This document shows, one piece after another, positions 9,061 to 19,072 of a stretch of 64,000 bases of DNA. A model generated the notes under the pieces. That model was not told where the DNA came from, ran no database searches, and saw only the letters and a program-made list of their open reading frames with translations. The stretch is from Anaerolineae bacterium (GTDB taxonomy: Bacteria; Chloroflexota; Anaerolineae; UBA1429), in contig OY776562.1 of assembly GCA_963675785.1 (NCBI GenBank), positions 1,536,001 to 1,600,000 of the forward strand, in the 5' to 3' direction. The position numbers and the translations under genes were made by a program. How positions within the stretch are numbered: the first letter of the stretch is position 1; each line of letters begins with the position of its first letter.

Positions 9061-10293
9061 ATGTTTATTTGCCGTACCAGCCTTGGTAAAGCATTGATCA
9101 TTTGTGGCTTGATAAGCACACTCGTCCTTTCAGGATGTCAGGGGACTGCAACAGTGACACCAGTCCCAGAAACCACATCTGCACCCACTGAAACAACTAT
9201 CGCGACTCTTGCCCCTACGGAAACCGCCACAACCAAGCCGACCAACACTGCATCCCCCACAGCGACCGCAAAACCCACAGTAGTACTCAGCGATGAAGCC
9301 CCCTTTACCCTGGGCATGCCCGTTTTGTATGCCAAAGGCGGCGACCTGTGGTGCAGCAGCTTAGACGGCGAAAACATTTTGCAACTCACCCAAGACGACG
9401 CTCTCAATTTGGTAGCACCGCCGCCCCCAAGTGGTGTGGGACCTGCACTATCATGGACATGTAAACCCAACGTTTCCCCCGACGGACGCTGGATCGCCTA
9501 TAATCCTTATTCGGGCCAAGATTCAACACGCATCATCCTATTGTCCACCGTCGAGGGAATGTCCCCTCAAACGGTCATGCGTACCTGCTATGGCGTCTGG
9601 TCTCCCGATTCGACTCGACTGGCTTTTGCACCTAATTTGGAGAATCCTTTCAACAAGGACTTACGCCCCTCGGTCTACGTATATGATCTCACCACACAAT
9701 CCTCCACCATCTATTACCCGAACGAAGGGGATGAAGCGGCTTGGGGAAAGATCAATACTTTTCTATGGGCGCCCGATGGAAATTCGATAACCTTCAGGGG
9801 CTTGGCGGATTTCGAAACTGAGGGAGAACAGCCCGATAGTCACGAGGCTCAAGTCTTTACGATTGACCTGACCAGCGGAAGCAGTGAAGCAGTAGGTGAA
9901 GTTTGGGTGAGTATTGCCAGCAATCAGACTTTTTGCCTGGACAGCGAGGGTAACTTTACGACGGATGCTGACAGCGGCGTCATCTGCTCCCTCGACTATA
10001 GCTATTTCACGTCACCCAACGGGTTGTGGACCTACAGTCGTCGTCAATCTAGCGAAAATGAAGGGGCGACAACAATTGCAGTCCTAGATGCCGATGAAAA
10101 TGTGCTCTGGGAACGAGACCTTGAATTTTCTCCTGGCAAAGTTCGCTGGTCGTCCGATGGAGCCTATTTGTTGATTGATGGAGATGATATGACGGGGCCT
10201 ATCTGGCGGCTAGCCAGCGATGGCAGCGGTGAGTTGGAGCAGGTGGTGGACGAAGGGTATTTGTTGGATGTGGTAGCTGATTGGGCAGAATGA
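9061..10293 (+). CDS. lipoprotein with TolB/PD40-like beta-propeller (paralog 2)
   Basis: Lipobox LSGC; N- and C-termini nearly identical to 7594-8802. Confidence 0.88.
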   Translation: MFICRTSLGKALIICGLISTLVLSGCQGTATVTPVPETTSAPTETTIATLAPTETATTKPTNTASPTATAKPTVVLSDEAPFTLGMPVLYAKGGDLWCSSLDGENILQLTQDDALNLVAPPPPSGVGPALSWTCKPNVSPDGRWIAYNPYSGQDSTRIILLSTVEGMSPQTVMRTCYGVWSPDSTRLAFAPNLENPFNKDLRPSVYVYDLTTQSSTIYYPNEGDEAAWGKINTFLWAPDGNSITFRGLADFETEGEQPDSHEAQVFTIDLTSGSSEAVGEVWVSIASNQTFCLDSEGNFTTDADSGVICSLDYSYFTSPNGLWTYSRRQSSENEGATTIAVLDADENVLWERDLEFSPGKVRWSSDGAYLLIDGDDMTGPIWRLASDGSGELEQVVDEGYLLDVVADWAE

Positions 10294-10345
10294 ACCAAGC
10301 AGACGTGGGGTTAGAAACCCCACGCTGAGCAAGCTACAAAAACAG

Positions 10346-10382
10346 AGGACGAGAGGGTTCAAACCCTCTCGTCCTTATTTTT
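10346..10382 (+). terminator. rho-independent terminator (paralog of 8830)
   Basis: aggacgagagggtt/aaccctctcgtcct stem plus T tract. Confidence 0.75.
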
Positions 10383-10404
10383 GGCGATGAGGTTCAATCT
10401 ATTG

Positions 10405-11002
10405 TACGGGGTGTGTTTATGCGGTTCGCCAGGGATTTGCGATCACGGCGATGCAACGCTAGGGGAAAGCGTCCTGCGGACGCCGAGCAAGGAGAAAACT
10501 AAAGCTCACTAGCGCACTAGGCTAAATGCGAACTCTACGAGTTCGCTTGTGAGAAAGGATGCAAGAGCAAGCTTTGTCAGTGCTACATATGCAAACCCTG
10601 CCCTACGGGCAGGCTCTAGGAGCTCGTCTTGCTGATACGAGCCTCCGACTTACTCCCCGCCCAGCGTCCGCAGGACACCTTTACTAGCCAGGCGATGTCA
10701 GGCGCCGCTTGCGGCGTCCAATCCCTGGCGATACAGATAAACACACCCCTTACGATTGTTTGTTGCAGATACCTAGACGCATCGGGCTGAACCCCGATGC
10801 TACATATGCAAACCCTGCCCTACGGGCAGGCTCTAGGAGTTCGTCTTGTTGATATGAGCCTCCGACCAAAGGTCGGAGGGTTGGCTAATGTAGCATTGAC
10901 AAAGCCAAGGCTTTGTCGAGCGAACTCGTAGAGTTCGCATTTAGCCTGAGGCGTTGTAGATGGCGCTTTTAGTCACACCGCCAGGGATTGGACGCCGCAG
11001 CC
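10405..11002. repeat. REP-like palindrome mosaic C, containing an inverted leader copy
   Basis: Leader at 10412 and inverted copy about 10662-10754; GTAG-footed palindromes at 10779-10803 (-) and 10890-10917 (+); duplicated tgctacatatgcaaaccctgccctacgggcaggctctaggag. Confidence 0.9.
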
Positions 11003-11007
11003 CCTTA

Positions 11008-12024
11008 TCACCCCAACCTACCTTGCAACAGGACAATCTCAGCCTCGATGAGGCGGGAGAGATCGTGGAGGCCAATGGCGTTGTCGAGTTGGAGGGCCTG
11101 CTGCAGGTTCTCCAGAGCCTGCGGGTAGCGGCCCTGGGCCTCGTAGAGAAGGCCGATATTGGCGAGGACGGCGGCTTCGCCCGCGCGGTTGCCCACCTCA
11201 CGATAGATCGATAGAGCCTGCTGGTAGTTCGGCAAGGCCTGTTCGTACTGTCCCTGACCAAAGTGGACCATGGCGATGTTGTTGAGGGCGTGGGCCTCTC
11301 CGGCGCGATCGCCTATCTCGCGCAGAATGAGGAGAGCCTGGGTATCGTGCTCCAAAGCCTGTTCGGGCAGACCCAGGTTGTCGCAAGCGCTGCCGATGCT
11401 ATCGAGGGCATTGGCCTCGCCCCGTTGATCGCCCAGATCACGCATGATTCGCAAATCCTGCTGATAGCCCACCAACGCTTGTTCGTAACGCCCCTGCGCC
11501 TCGTACACCCCGGCGATGTTGTGGAGCGTGCCAGCCTCACCCGAGAGGTCACCGACCTCATGGCGGATCTCCAAAGCCTGGCGATAGTACGCTAGCGCCC
11601 GCTCATAGTCGTCGAGGTTGTAATAGGCGACGCCAATGTCGTTGAGGGTAAGGCCCTCTCCTGCGCGGTCGCCCACCTCACGACGAAGGAGCAGGGCCTG
11701 CTGGTAGTATTCCAGGGCCTGGGCATAATCCCCCTGGCTGTCATAGATGCCGCCGATGCTGTTGATGGTGGCAGCCTGGCCAACACGATCGCCCATCTCG
11801 CGCATCACCGCCAGGGCCTGTTGGTAGAGGTCCAGGGCACGAGCATAGGCGCACAGGTAGTCGTACATGCTGGCCATGTTGTGAAGGGCGGTGCTCTCCT
11901 CCTGGCGGTTGCCCTGGGCGCGGGCGAGTTCCAGGTTTTTGCTAAAGTGTGACAGGGCCTCGGGGTAGTTGCCCTGGCGATAGGCGGACAGCGCTGCTTG
12001 TTCGTGGCGGTCGTATTTTGACAT
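11008..12024 (-). CDS. MalT-type TPR repeat protein
   Basis: Repeated ALxYYQQALxIxREVGDRxGE units. Confidence 0.9.
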   Translation of the reverse strand: MSKYDRHEQAALSAYRQGNYPEALSHFSKNLELARAQGNRQEESTALHNMASMYDYLCAYARALDLYQQALAVMREMGDRVGQAATINSIGGIYDSQGDYAQALEYYQQALLLRREVGDRAGEGLTLNDIGVAYYNLDDYERALAYYRQALEIRHEVGDLSGEAGTLHNIAGVYEAQGRYEQALVGYQQDLRIMRDLGDQRGEANALDSIGSACDNLGLPEQALEHDTQALLILREIGDRAGEAHALNNIAMVHFGQGQYEQALPNYQQALSIYREVGNRAGEAAVLANIGLLYEAQGRYPQALENLQQALQLDNAIGLHDLSRLIEAEIVLLQGRLG

Positions 12025-12099
12025 GTGCCCCTGCTTTATGTTGGATGGCTAGGACTATAGCTGAAACGGGTGGGGGTTTCAATGAAGGGGGGGAGGGGG

Positions 12100-12174
12100 T
12101 GTGGTGCGATTCGCCAGGGATTTGCGATCACGGCGATGCGACGCTAGGACAGGCGCGTCCTGCGGACGCCAAGC
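12100..12174 (+). repeat. repeat leader copy D
   Basis: ttcgccagggatttgcgatcacggcgatgc..cgctagg..gcgtcctgcggacgcc matches about 10425-10484. Confidence 0.85.
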
Positions 12175-12274
12175 ATGGAGTAAGTTGACGTCTATGCGTA
12201 TCCCTTGCAATCACGCTGGGGCTGGCTAATATACGACGCAAGTGCATTCAACCAACGGCAAAGGAACGGCGATT

Positions 12275-13543
12275 ATGAGTGAGAGTCTCAGCCCATGGCA
12301 AGCGGGCGAGTTGGATATCCACCACATTAGCACGGGGCGCGGCGAAAGCACGTTTTTCATTTTGCCGGACGGCACGACGATGCTGATCGATGCCGGGGAG
12401 ATGGACCCCACCAACCCACGCACGACGGGGCCGCGTAGCACGCCGGCACGTCCCAGCGACGAGCGGCTGCCCTACGAATGGCTGGTGCGCTATATCCAGC
12501 GGGTGCATCCGAATCCGCAGGCACCGACGTTGGATTACGCGGTATTGAGCCACTTTCACGACGATCATCTGGGGATGGTGCATCCACTCTCTCCGTTGGC
12601 CGAGTGCGGAGCCTATTCTCTGACGGGTCTGGTCGGTGTGGGGGATGCGTTCTCTATCGGCACCCTGCTCGATCGCGGGTATCCCACTTATGATTACCCG
12701 ATGGGGTTGGAGGATCCGCGCCTGCTGGCCTGGCTGGAGGGGAGCTCCAAGTCTCAAGAGGAATACGGCAAGCAAAAGCGGACTATCGACAATTATCGGG
12801 CGTTCATCGCCTGGCAGCAGGATCATCAAGGGATGAAAGCGGAACGGTTCCGCGCAGGGAGCAAGACGCAGATCAAGCTGCAGCACGCGCCGGAGCGATA
12901 TCCCGGCTTTGAGGTGCAGAACATTGCGGTGAACGGCGAGGTGTGGACGGGGCACAACGAGGAGACTGAGAAGCGGATTCCGCCGGTGGAAACGTTGAGG
13001 CCACAGGATATGCTCAACGAGAACCTCTACAGCACGGTGATGGTGATGCAGTATGGGCGATTCCGCTATTACACGGGCGGCGACATTGCCGGGAACGTGG
13101 ACCTGGGTGAACCCAAGTGGGTGGATTTGGAGACGCCGGTGGCACGCGTGGTGGGCGCGGTGGACGTGATGAAGATGAACCACCACGGCAACCGCAGTTC
13201 GTCCAATGCGTTTTTCGTGAGCACATTGCAACCACGGGTGGTGACGCAGAACGTGTGGTGTTCTAACCATCCGGGCGAGGACGTGCTGCGACGGCACGTC
13301 TCTAGGTATTTGTACCCCGGCGACCGCGACCTGTTCGCCAACGACATGTCGGAGGCCAACCGCGCAGTCATTGGGCCGCTAGTGGATCGCTCTTATGCCA
13401 GTATGCACGGGCACACGGTGCTGCGTGTAGCTGAGGGGGGCGAATCCTATAGGGTGTACACTGTCGAAGATCGGGATGAGTCGATGCGGGTTACCGGCGT
13501 GTTTGGGCCGTACGAGGCGCACACCGGCTCGACCGAGGATTAG
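12275..13543 (+). CDS. MBL-fold metallo-hydrolase (ComEC/Rec2-like)
   Basis: GRGES, LIDAG, SHFHDDHLG, GGD and NHHG motifs. Confidence 0.88.
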   Translation: MSESLSPWQAGELDIHHISTGRGESTFFILPDGTTMLIDAGEMDPTNPRTTGPRSTPARPSDERLPYEWLVRYIQRVHPNPQAPTLDYAVLSHFHDDHLGMVHPLSPLAECGAYSLTGLVGVGDAFSIGTLLDRGYPTYDYPMGLEDPRLLAWLEGSSKSQEEYGKQKRTIDNYRAFIAWQQDHQGMKAERFRAGSKTQIKLQHAPERYPGFEVQNIAVNGEVWTGHNEETEKRIPPVETLRPQDMLNENLYSTVMVMQYGRFRYYTGGDIAGNVDLGEPKWVDLETPVARVVGAVDVMKMNHHGNRSSSNAFFVSTLQPRVVTQNVWCSNHPGEDVLRRHVSRYLYPGDRDLFANDMSEANRAVIGPLVDRSYASMHGHTVLRVAEGGESYRVYTVEDRDESMRVTGVFGPYEAHTGSTED

Positions 13544-13560
13544 TTGAGCAGCGCCAATCC

Positions 13561-13601
13561 AAAAGAAAAACAAGGCCGGAAGCGAGATGCTCCCGGCCTT
13601 G
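13561..13601. terminator. terminator between convergent genes
   Basis: caaggccgg/ccggccttg stem with A tract on the left. Confidence 0.65.
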
Positions 13602-13643
13602 ACATAGATCGGCGCCCAATCGCCATCGCTGCCCACGTAAATT

Positions 13644-14084
13644 CTATTTCGGGGGGCGCGGGGTGAGTTTGATCTGGATTAGCTTGCAGACATCGACCAG
13701 GTCGTCATCGTCGAGGACGCGGTAGTGCAACCAACCGCCCTGCTCGCCGCAGGGGTAGCGCTTGGCCCACAGCTCACGGGTTTTGAGGAGAAGAGAATCG
13801 AGTTGGGCGATCAGGGCGGGCATACAGTCATCGCCGAGCTGGAGCATGACCGTAAAAGCGCCCTCCTCGAAAAAGGCATAGCAGAAGTGCTTGCTCTTGT
13901 GGCCGTATTTATAGCCCCAGCCGTATTTGTTGCCAAAGGGGAATTTGAGAGCATGGGTGAGGCTGTAGTTGGCATTCAAGAAAGCCTCGAACTGGTTAAG
14001 GCGCGCGTAGGCCGCGGAGGTCAACGTGTCACGGATGGCCTGTTCATCAGGTTGTTCGGCTTTGTTGAGCATTCTCTCGTACAT
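13644..14084 (-). CDS. DUF3788-like protein
   Basis: MYERMLNK, FPFGNKYGWGYKY, GGWLHYRV, LIQIK. Confidence 0.8.
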   Translation of the reverse strand: MYERMLNKAEQPDEQAIRDTLTSAAYARLNQFEAFLNANYSLTHALKFPFGNKYGWGYKYGHKSKHFCYAFFEEGAFTVMLQLGDDCMPALIAQLDSLLLKTRELWAKRYPCGEQGGWLHYRVLDDDDLVDVCKLIQIKLTPRPPK

Positions 14085-14215
14085 GGGGGTTCCTCCCAGT
14101 GTATACCTTACGTTGCTATACATGTGGGAGGAGTATAACACGTGATTTTGGCGAATGCTTGCCACAAAAAAAGGGCACCCCATGGGCACCCTTTTTATTC
14201 TGCTGCGCGGGACGA

Positions 14216-14782
14216 TCAGATCATGATGCCCACATCGAGGAGCGAGGCAGCGACAAACAGGGGCAGGCCCAAAAGCACACCAAGCTCTTGCCAGATGGTA
14301 AAGGCGCCGTCGTTGCGACCGCGAAAGCGATTCAAAAAGCGCTCCAGGGCAATGCCCATGATGTTAGCTACCATCATCATCGAGGCATAGGCGCGAATAT
14401 CGCGAGCCAGTTCCTCGCCGTAAAGATGCACCAGCCTGGCGTCCGCCTCGGGGTCGGGCTGACCACCAGATTCGGCATAATGTTGGGCGTACAAAAGGGC
14501 CACGCGCTCCCATTCGGGGGCGGTGCTGATATCGCCGCCGAGCATCCCCTCGACCTCTTGCTCACTCATGCCGGTCTTGAGGGCCATGCCAGTGTGGGCA
14601 TAGCTGCAATAACGGCAACCGTTCACTTCGGTGACGGCCAACATGATACGCTCACGAAAAGCAGGGGAAACACGCCCTGCCTTGTTAGCTCGGTGCAGGG
14701 CACGCATGTTCGAGACTAGATCATGGACATATCGTTCAAAGGTGGGTACTTCCACCATACGTTTTTGAGATTGTAGTGCCAC
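14216..14782 (-). CDS. AhpD/carboxymuconolactone decarboxylase family protein
   Basis: RERIMLAVTEVNGCRYCSYAH (CxxC) motif. Confidence 0.88.
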   Translation of the reverse strand: MALQSQKRMVEVPTFERYVHDLVSNMRALHRANKAGRVSPAFRERIMLAVTEVNGCRYCSYAHTGMALKTGMSEQEVEGMLGGDISTAPEWERVALLYAQHYAESGGQPDPEADARLVHLYGEELARDIRAYASMMMVANIMGIALERFLNRFRGRNDGAFTIWQELGVLLGLPLFVAASLLDVGIMI

Positions 14783-14882
14783 TTTTGCTGCTCCTGAATG
14801 AAAATTTACCCCTGCAGGGTATTTTGTTAGGATACACCCAATGGCCCGACAAGGTCAAAAACCAGTGGAATTGTATACCGCA

Positions 14883-15356
14883 TCAAGCCGCATCAACACG
14901 CAAGGCCGCCAGCGAAGAAAACAGCATGATCGCAAAGGTTACGCCAGAGAGTGCCCAGGCCAGCGAGCCTAGCTCCCAGAGGGTGCCCCACATCATCAAC
15001 AGGCCGCCAAAGAGCAGGATAAACAAGGGCACCACGACGCCAGAGCGATGCATTCTACTGTTTTTATCACCGGGAATGACGCTAAAGGCGAAAGTAGCTA
15101 CGCAAAACAAGGCATACACCAGCGGCGAGATCCAATACAAGGCGCCGAAATCATAGGCGGAGGAATAGCCACTGAGCAGGCCGACCACGGCCGTCATTAA
15201 AGCAGGCAACCCCATGATGAGGGCCAGGTTACGCCAAAGCTTGGGGTGTCCGGTTTTGCGGGTGCGAGCGATGAACATGGCGCCGTTAAAGAGATTGGCC
15301 AGCACCGCAATGACGCAGATGCTCCAGAGGTAAGTTTCAAGGGGGAACGGAAACAT
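14883..15356 (-). CDS. integral membrane protein (tandem paralog of 15486-15959)
   Basis: Several TM helices; shares GYSSAY.GALYW and GLxMMWG.LW. Confidence 0.8.
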   Translation of the reverse strand: MFPFPLETYLWSICVIAVLANLFNGAMFIARTRKTGHPKLWRNLALIMGLPALMTAVVGLLSGYSSAYDFGALYWISPLVYALFCVATFAFSVIPGDKNSRMHRSGVVVPLFILLFGGLLMMWGTLWELGSLAWALSGVTFAIMLFSSLAALRVDAA

Positions 15357-15485
15357 ACGAGCCTCCTGACTGCAGACAGATGGGCTTGTCCGACGGATGT
15401 AGTTTGGCTCGCAGCATCCATATACAGTATAGCACAGGAGCAGGTGCGTTCCCAGTCAGTCAGATTGCCTCGGACGCACTTTTTT

Positions 15486-15959
15486 TTAACCCACGCCGTT
15501 GCGTAAGGCGTAAATAGAGGCCCACACCATGGCAAAATAGCTCAGCCCGGCGATGGCCCAGGGGAGAAGGCCCAGGTTCCAGAGCATACCCCACATCATC
15601 ATCAGACCCACATAGAACAGTACAAGATAGGGCGCCAGAATGGCCGACCGGCGGGGGTTGCGAAACTCGATGTGCAGGATGTAATCGAGGAAGAGATCGA
15701 GCAGGCAAAAGGCGGCATAGATGAGCGGGGCAAGCCAATAGAGGGCGCCACCCTCATAAGCCGAGGAATAGCCGCCCAACAGCCCGCCCAGGGCCAGTAA
15801 CAGAGCAGGCACGCCCATCAGCAGAGATAGTATGCCCCACAGTTTCGCCCGTTCGGGGCGTTTGACACGACAATAGAACATGGCCGCAATAAAGAGATTG
15901 GCGAGAGTGCAGACGCCAAAGATCGCCCAGAGATAGACCGTCAGAGATATTGTGTTCAT
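15486..15959 (-). CDS. integral membrane protein
   Basis: GGAGG RBS before MNTISL; LDYILHIEFRNPRR..LAPYLVLFY. Confidence 0.8.
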   Translation of the reverse strand: MNTISLTVYLWAIFGVCTLANLFIAAMFYCRVKRPERAKLWGILSLLMGVPALLLALGGLLGGYSSAYEGGALYWLAPLIYAAFCLLDLFLDYILHIEFRNPRRSAILAPYLVLFYVGLMMMWGMLWNLGLLPWAIAGLSYFAMVWASIYALRNGVG

Positions 15960-16015
15960 AGGCCCTCCTGCGCCCAGATTAGCACAAGAGGGCCTCGATG
16001 TCATCTGGTGTTATG

Positions 16016-17311
16016 TCACCCAAGCGGTAGCTCATAGACGCGCAACTCGGAAGGAGCGGGTGCGCCATCCTCATAAGGACGATCACGATGCTCGGGACGG
16101 GTCTCCCAGCGGAGGGCATAGCGCTTGTCGGCGTTGGCGATAGTACCGCGATCAGTGAGCCAGTGTACCTCGATGGGGCCATCCCAAGCGAGGGTGGGTG
16201 TGGCCAGATCCTCGGGCAGGTCGTCCAGCGAGAAGGGATAGCTGCCGATGATCTCGAGGGTGTCGGGAGCCAGCTTCCAGACGCCGCGACCATAGACGAC
16301 ATGCTCCCAGGGGAGCGCCAAGCCGCCATCGGGTTGGACGGTGAGGCCACGCAGGGCAATCTCACCAATGACGCAACCGCCGCCCTGGAAGGCCCAGCGG
16401 TAATCCCAATGGGTGAGCTGATAAAAGGCCCAATGGCCATCTTCCAAGCGGGCGCAATAGACCTGGGAGTTACCGTCCTCATCGTACTTGGTATAGGCGA
16501 TGACGGGGCGACCAAGAGCATCCAGGCCCATATCCTGCACCATGTTGATGATGCCAGCACCCGCAGGCACGGGGTCGATGATGGCACCGCTCTGCAGGGT
16601 GATGGGCAGCGTCAGCGGACGGCCGTCGCCGGTCTCCCAGTGCAGTAGATCGCGGCTGCGGGCGTAGGAAAGGTCGTGGTTGGTGGCGCAGTCGGGGGTA
16701 TCGCGCCAGACCCAGTTCATGTGATACCAGCCATCGGGGCCGAGCAGTGGCGGATGGGCATAGGCGTTCATCAAGCCTTGACCATCAGTGAGGGGCACAT
16801 CCACCAGACGGCGCCAGGTGCGCGTCTCGGCTTCGTAGACGTTATAGATGTCGTTGCCATTGCCGCTAGAGCCATCACGATAGCGGAAAACGAGCTCACT
16901 CGCCGGGCCAGTGATGAACACCGGGTAGGTGCAGCGGGTCTCTAGCTCGCCGGTCATGAAATCGACCTGCTCAAAGGTGGTGACATCCAAGGGCACGTTG
17001 GTGCGGAAGTAGATGAGGGGATCGACGTGCATGTTGCCAGAGAGGTGCAGATAGCCCAAGCTGTCAATGGCCAGGGTGACATAGTTGTGGCTATCCCAGG
17101 CGAGCTGGCTGGAAAGACGCCCGCGCTGCTCTAGCCAGACACCCTGAGGATGAGCCAATGTCCAATCGGTGGAACCCAGATGGCGCGAAGCTACGGTCAT
17201 GTTCCGATCGGCATCATAAAAGGCGGCGAACTGGTAATCGCCATGGGTCAACAAATCGAAACCAACAGGGTGCCCCGACCAAGTGGTCGTGAGCAAGTGA
17301 GATGTGTACAT
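16016..17311 (-). CDS. BNR repeat-containing protein (BNR_4 family)
   Basis: WDSHNY, HLSGNMH, TYPVF, FRYRDGSSGNG, NHDLSYARSRD motifs. Confidence 0.85.
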   Translation of the reverse strand: MYTSHLLTTTWSGHPVGFDLLTHGDYQFAAFYDADRNMTVASRHLGSTDWTLAHPQGVWLEQRGRLSSQLAWDSHNYVTLAIDSLGYLHLSGNMHVDPLIYFRTNVPLDVTTFEQVDFMTGELETRCTYPVFITGPASELVFRYRDGSSGNGNDIYNVYEAETRTWRRLVDVPLTDGQGLMNAYAHPPLLGPDGWYHMNWVWRDTPDCATNHDLSYARSRDLLHWETGDGRPLTLPITLQSGAIIDPVPAGAGIINMVQDMGLDALGRPVIAYTKYDEDGNSQVYCARLEDGHWAFYQLTHWDYRWAFQGGGCVIGEIALRGLTVQPDGGLALPWEHVVYGRGVWKLAPDTLEIIGSYPFSLDDLPEDLATPTLAWDGPIEVHWLTDRGTIANADKRYALRWETRPEHRDRPYEDGAPAPSELRVYELPLG

Positions 17312-17400
17312 ATCTCCTCCAAGTGAGGTGAAAACAACAACCTGTGCTCGGTACTGCATGAGCACAGGTTGTAAGCGTAAGCCAAGGTGGTGTCAAGCGG

Positions 17401-18366
17401 CTAGTCGTTCATGAGGCGCCGTTCGCCGAACTGCTTGTAGTAGGCCGCAGAGGTCAACGTAGGTCGGAACCCGATATGCTGGTAGAACGTCTTTTCGGTG
17501 CCTACCCAAACCTCGTTGCAGCCGCGGGCGCGGGCCCGACGGGCGGCCTCGTAGACCACCTCACGGCCAAAGCCCTGCAGGCGATAATCGGGATGGGTGC
17601 CTACTGGTTCGAGAATGCCGATCTTGTTGTGTTCATCGACCCAAATACCGCACATGGCCACGCCCTGCCCCTCGGGGCCAATGACGACCAGGTCCAGGTC
17701 GGGGTCATAATCGGGGGCCTTGCATTGCTCACGATAGGTATAAGCATTGACGAACTCGCGCGGATCGGTGTGACCAAAAGCACGCCCCTTGACCTCGGCG
17801 TGAAAGGCGGGATTGCCGGTTTCAGCCACCGAGCGAATAACCCAGCCCTCGGGCAAGCCGTAGGGCGGAACGTCGCAAGTACGCAGCATAGCATCATGCT
17901 CTATGTATTTGGGATCCATGAGGTAGCCGCGCCGCCAGACGGCATCCAGCAGGGGCTGGTCGTAATCATAAACGAGCACCAAGAGCCGTCCCTTGTCCGA
18001 AACAAGGTTTTGCTCGGCCCATTCCAGCATCTCGGGGAAAAGAAACTCGTAGCCGGGGCGACGCTGAATCCAGACTGCGCCCGGACGGGGATCCTCAGCA
18101 TGGGCCAAGGCGACGATGCGGCCGTAAGCGTCTGCCCAAACCATGGCGTGGGATTCCCACCAGCCGATGCCGGCCTGTTCGGCAACGCCCTCAGGGGCGT
18201 CGAGGTCATCGAAACGAGCCAGGAGCGGAGCGACCATGTAGCGGGCGTAATTCCAGCGCTCCAGACGCCAGTTGATTTGACGGGGCCAGGCGCGATAGGT
18301 TTCGATGAGCATGTCGCGCACGGGCATGAAATCAGCCGGGGTGTAGGGGCGACAAATCGTCTTCAT
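17401..18366 (-). CDS. GNAT family N-acetyltransferase
   Basis: EPVGTHPDYRLQGFG motif A; GGAGG RBS before MKTICR. Confidence 0.88.
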   Translation of the reverse strand: MKTICRPYTPADFMPVRDMLIETYRAWPRQINWRLERWNYARYMVAPLLARFDDLDAPEGVAEQAGIGWWESHAMVWADAYGRIVALAHAEDPRPGAVWIQRRPGYEFLFPEMLEWAEQNLVSDKGRLLVLVYDYDQPLLDAVWRRGYLMDPKYIEHDAMLRTCDVPPYGLPEGWVIRSVAETGNPAFHAEVKGRAFGHTDPREFVNAYTYREQCKAPDYDPDLDLVVIGPEGQGVAMCGIWVDEHNKIGILEPVGTHPDYRLQGFGREVVYEAARRARARGCNEVWVGTEKTFYQHIGFRPTLTSAAYYKQFGERRLMND

Positions 18367-18451
18367 GACATTTCCTCCAACGGATGTATGCGCCGCTACG
18401 ATAACACAACCAGGCGATTGTGCCAATCGTATTTGTGATGAAAGGACAGCC

Positions 18452-19072
18452 ATGCCCGACGATGTTTTGCTGACGCTGCTGGACGGATTGACCCTACCCG
18501 ATACGCTGAGTGAGGCGGTGCCCCTGCTGCTGCGCGCGCACGACCATCCCAAGACGGCGGTACACAGCGCCGCGGTAGCCGCGGAGGCCCGCCAGATGGC
18601 GGAACGCTTCGGTATAGACCCCGACAAGGCGGAGACGGGCGGCTGGCTGCACGACATTAGCGCGGCTTTTGCTCGTGACCAGCGTTTACCAGCGGCCAAG
18701 GCCCTGGGGCTGGAAATTCTGCCGGAAGAAGAGCTAGTGCCGATGATCGTCCACCAAAAGCTCTCGGCAGAGATGGCCCAGCAGTTATTTGGGGTGAACG
18801 ATGAGGGTGTGCTGAGCGCGATTCGCTGCCATACGACGCTACGGCCCGGCGCGACGCCGCTGGATATGGTGGTGTTTTTGGCGGACAAGATCGCCTGGGA
18901 CAGGGAATACCGTCCGCCCTTTTTGGAGGAGCTGCTGCAGGCGCTGAATGACGAGGGTCTGCCGGGCGGGTGTTTGGTGTATATGCGCTGGCTGAAAGGC
19001 GAGATCGTGGTGGTGCATCCGTGGTTTGCGGCGGCGCTGGAAGAGTTGGAGAGAGAGGCTTCGGAGAGATAG
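18452..19072 (+). CDS. yqeK: HD-domain bis(5'-nucleosyl)-tetraphosphatase, YqeK-like
   Basis: HSxxVA, LHDIS, HQKLS, AIRCHTTLR, FLADKI. Confidence 0.8.
   Translation: MPDDVLLTLLDGLTLPDTLSEAVPLLLRAHDHPKTAVHSAAVAAEARQMAERFGIDPDKAETGGWLHDISAAFARDQRLPAAKALGLEILPEEELVPMIVHQKLSAEMAQQLFGVNDEGVLSAIRCHTTLRPGATPLDMVVFLADKIAWDREYRPPFLEELLQALNDEGLPGGCLVYMRWLKGEIVVVHPWFAAALEELEREASER

Noticed and set aside
7594-10293. Diversity-generating retroelement TR/VR pair
   Set aside because: No reverse transcriptase; differences between the paralogs include indels and are not adenine-specific.
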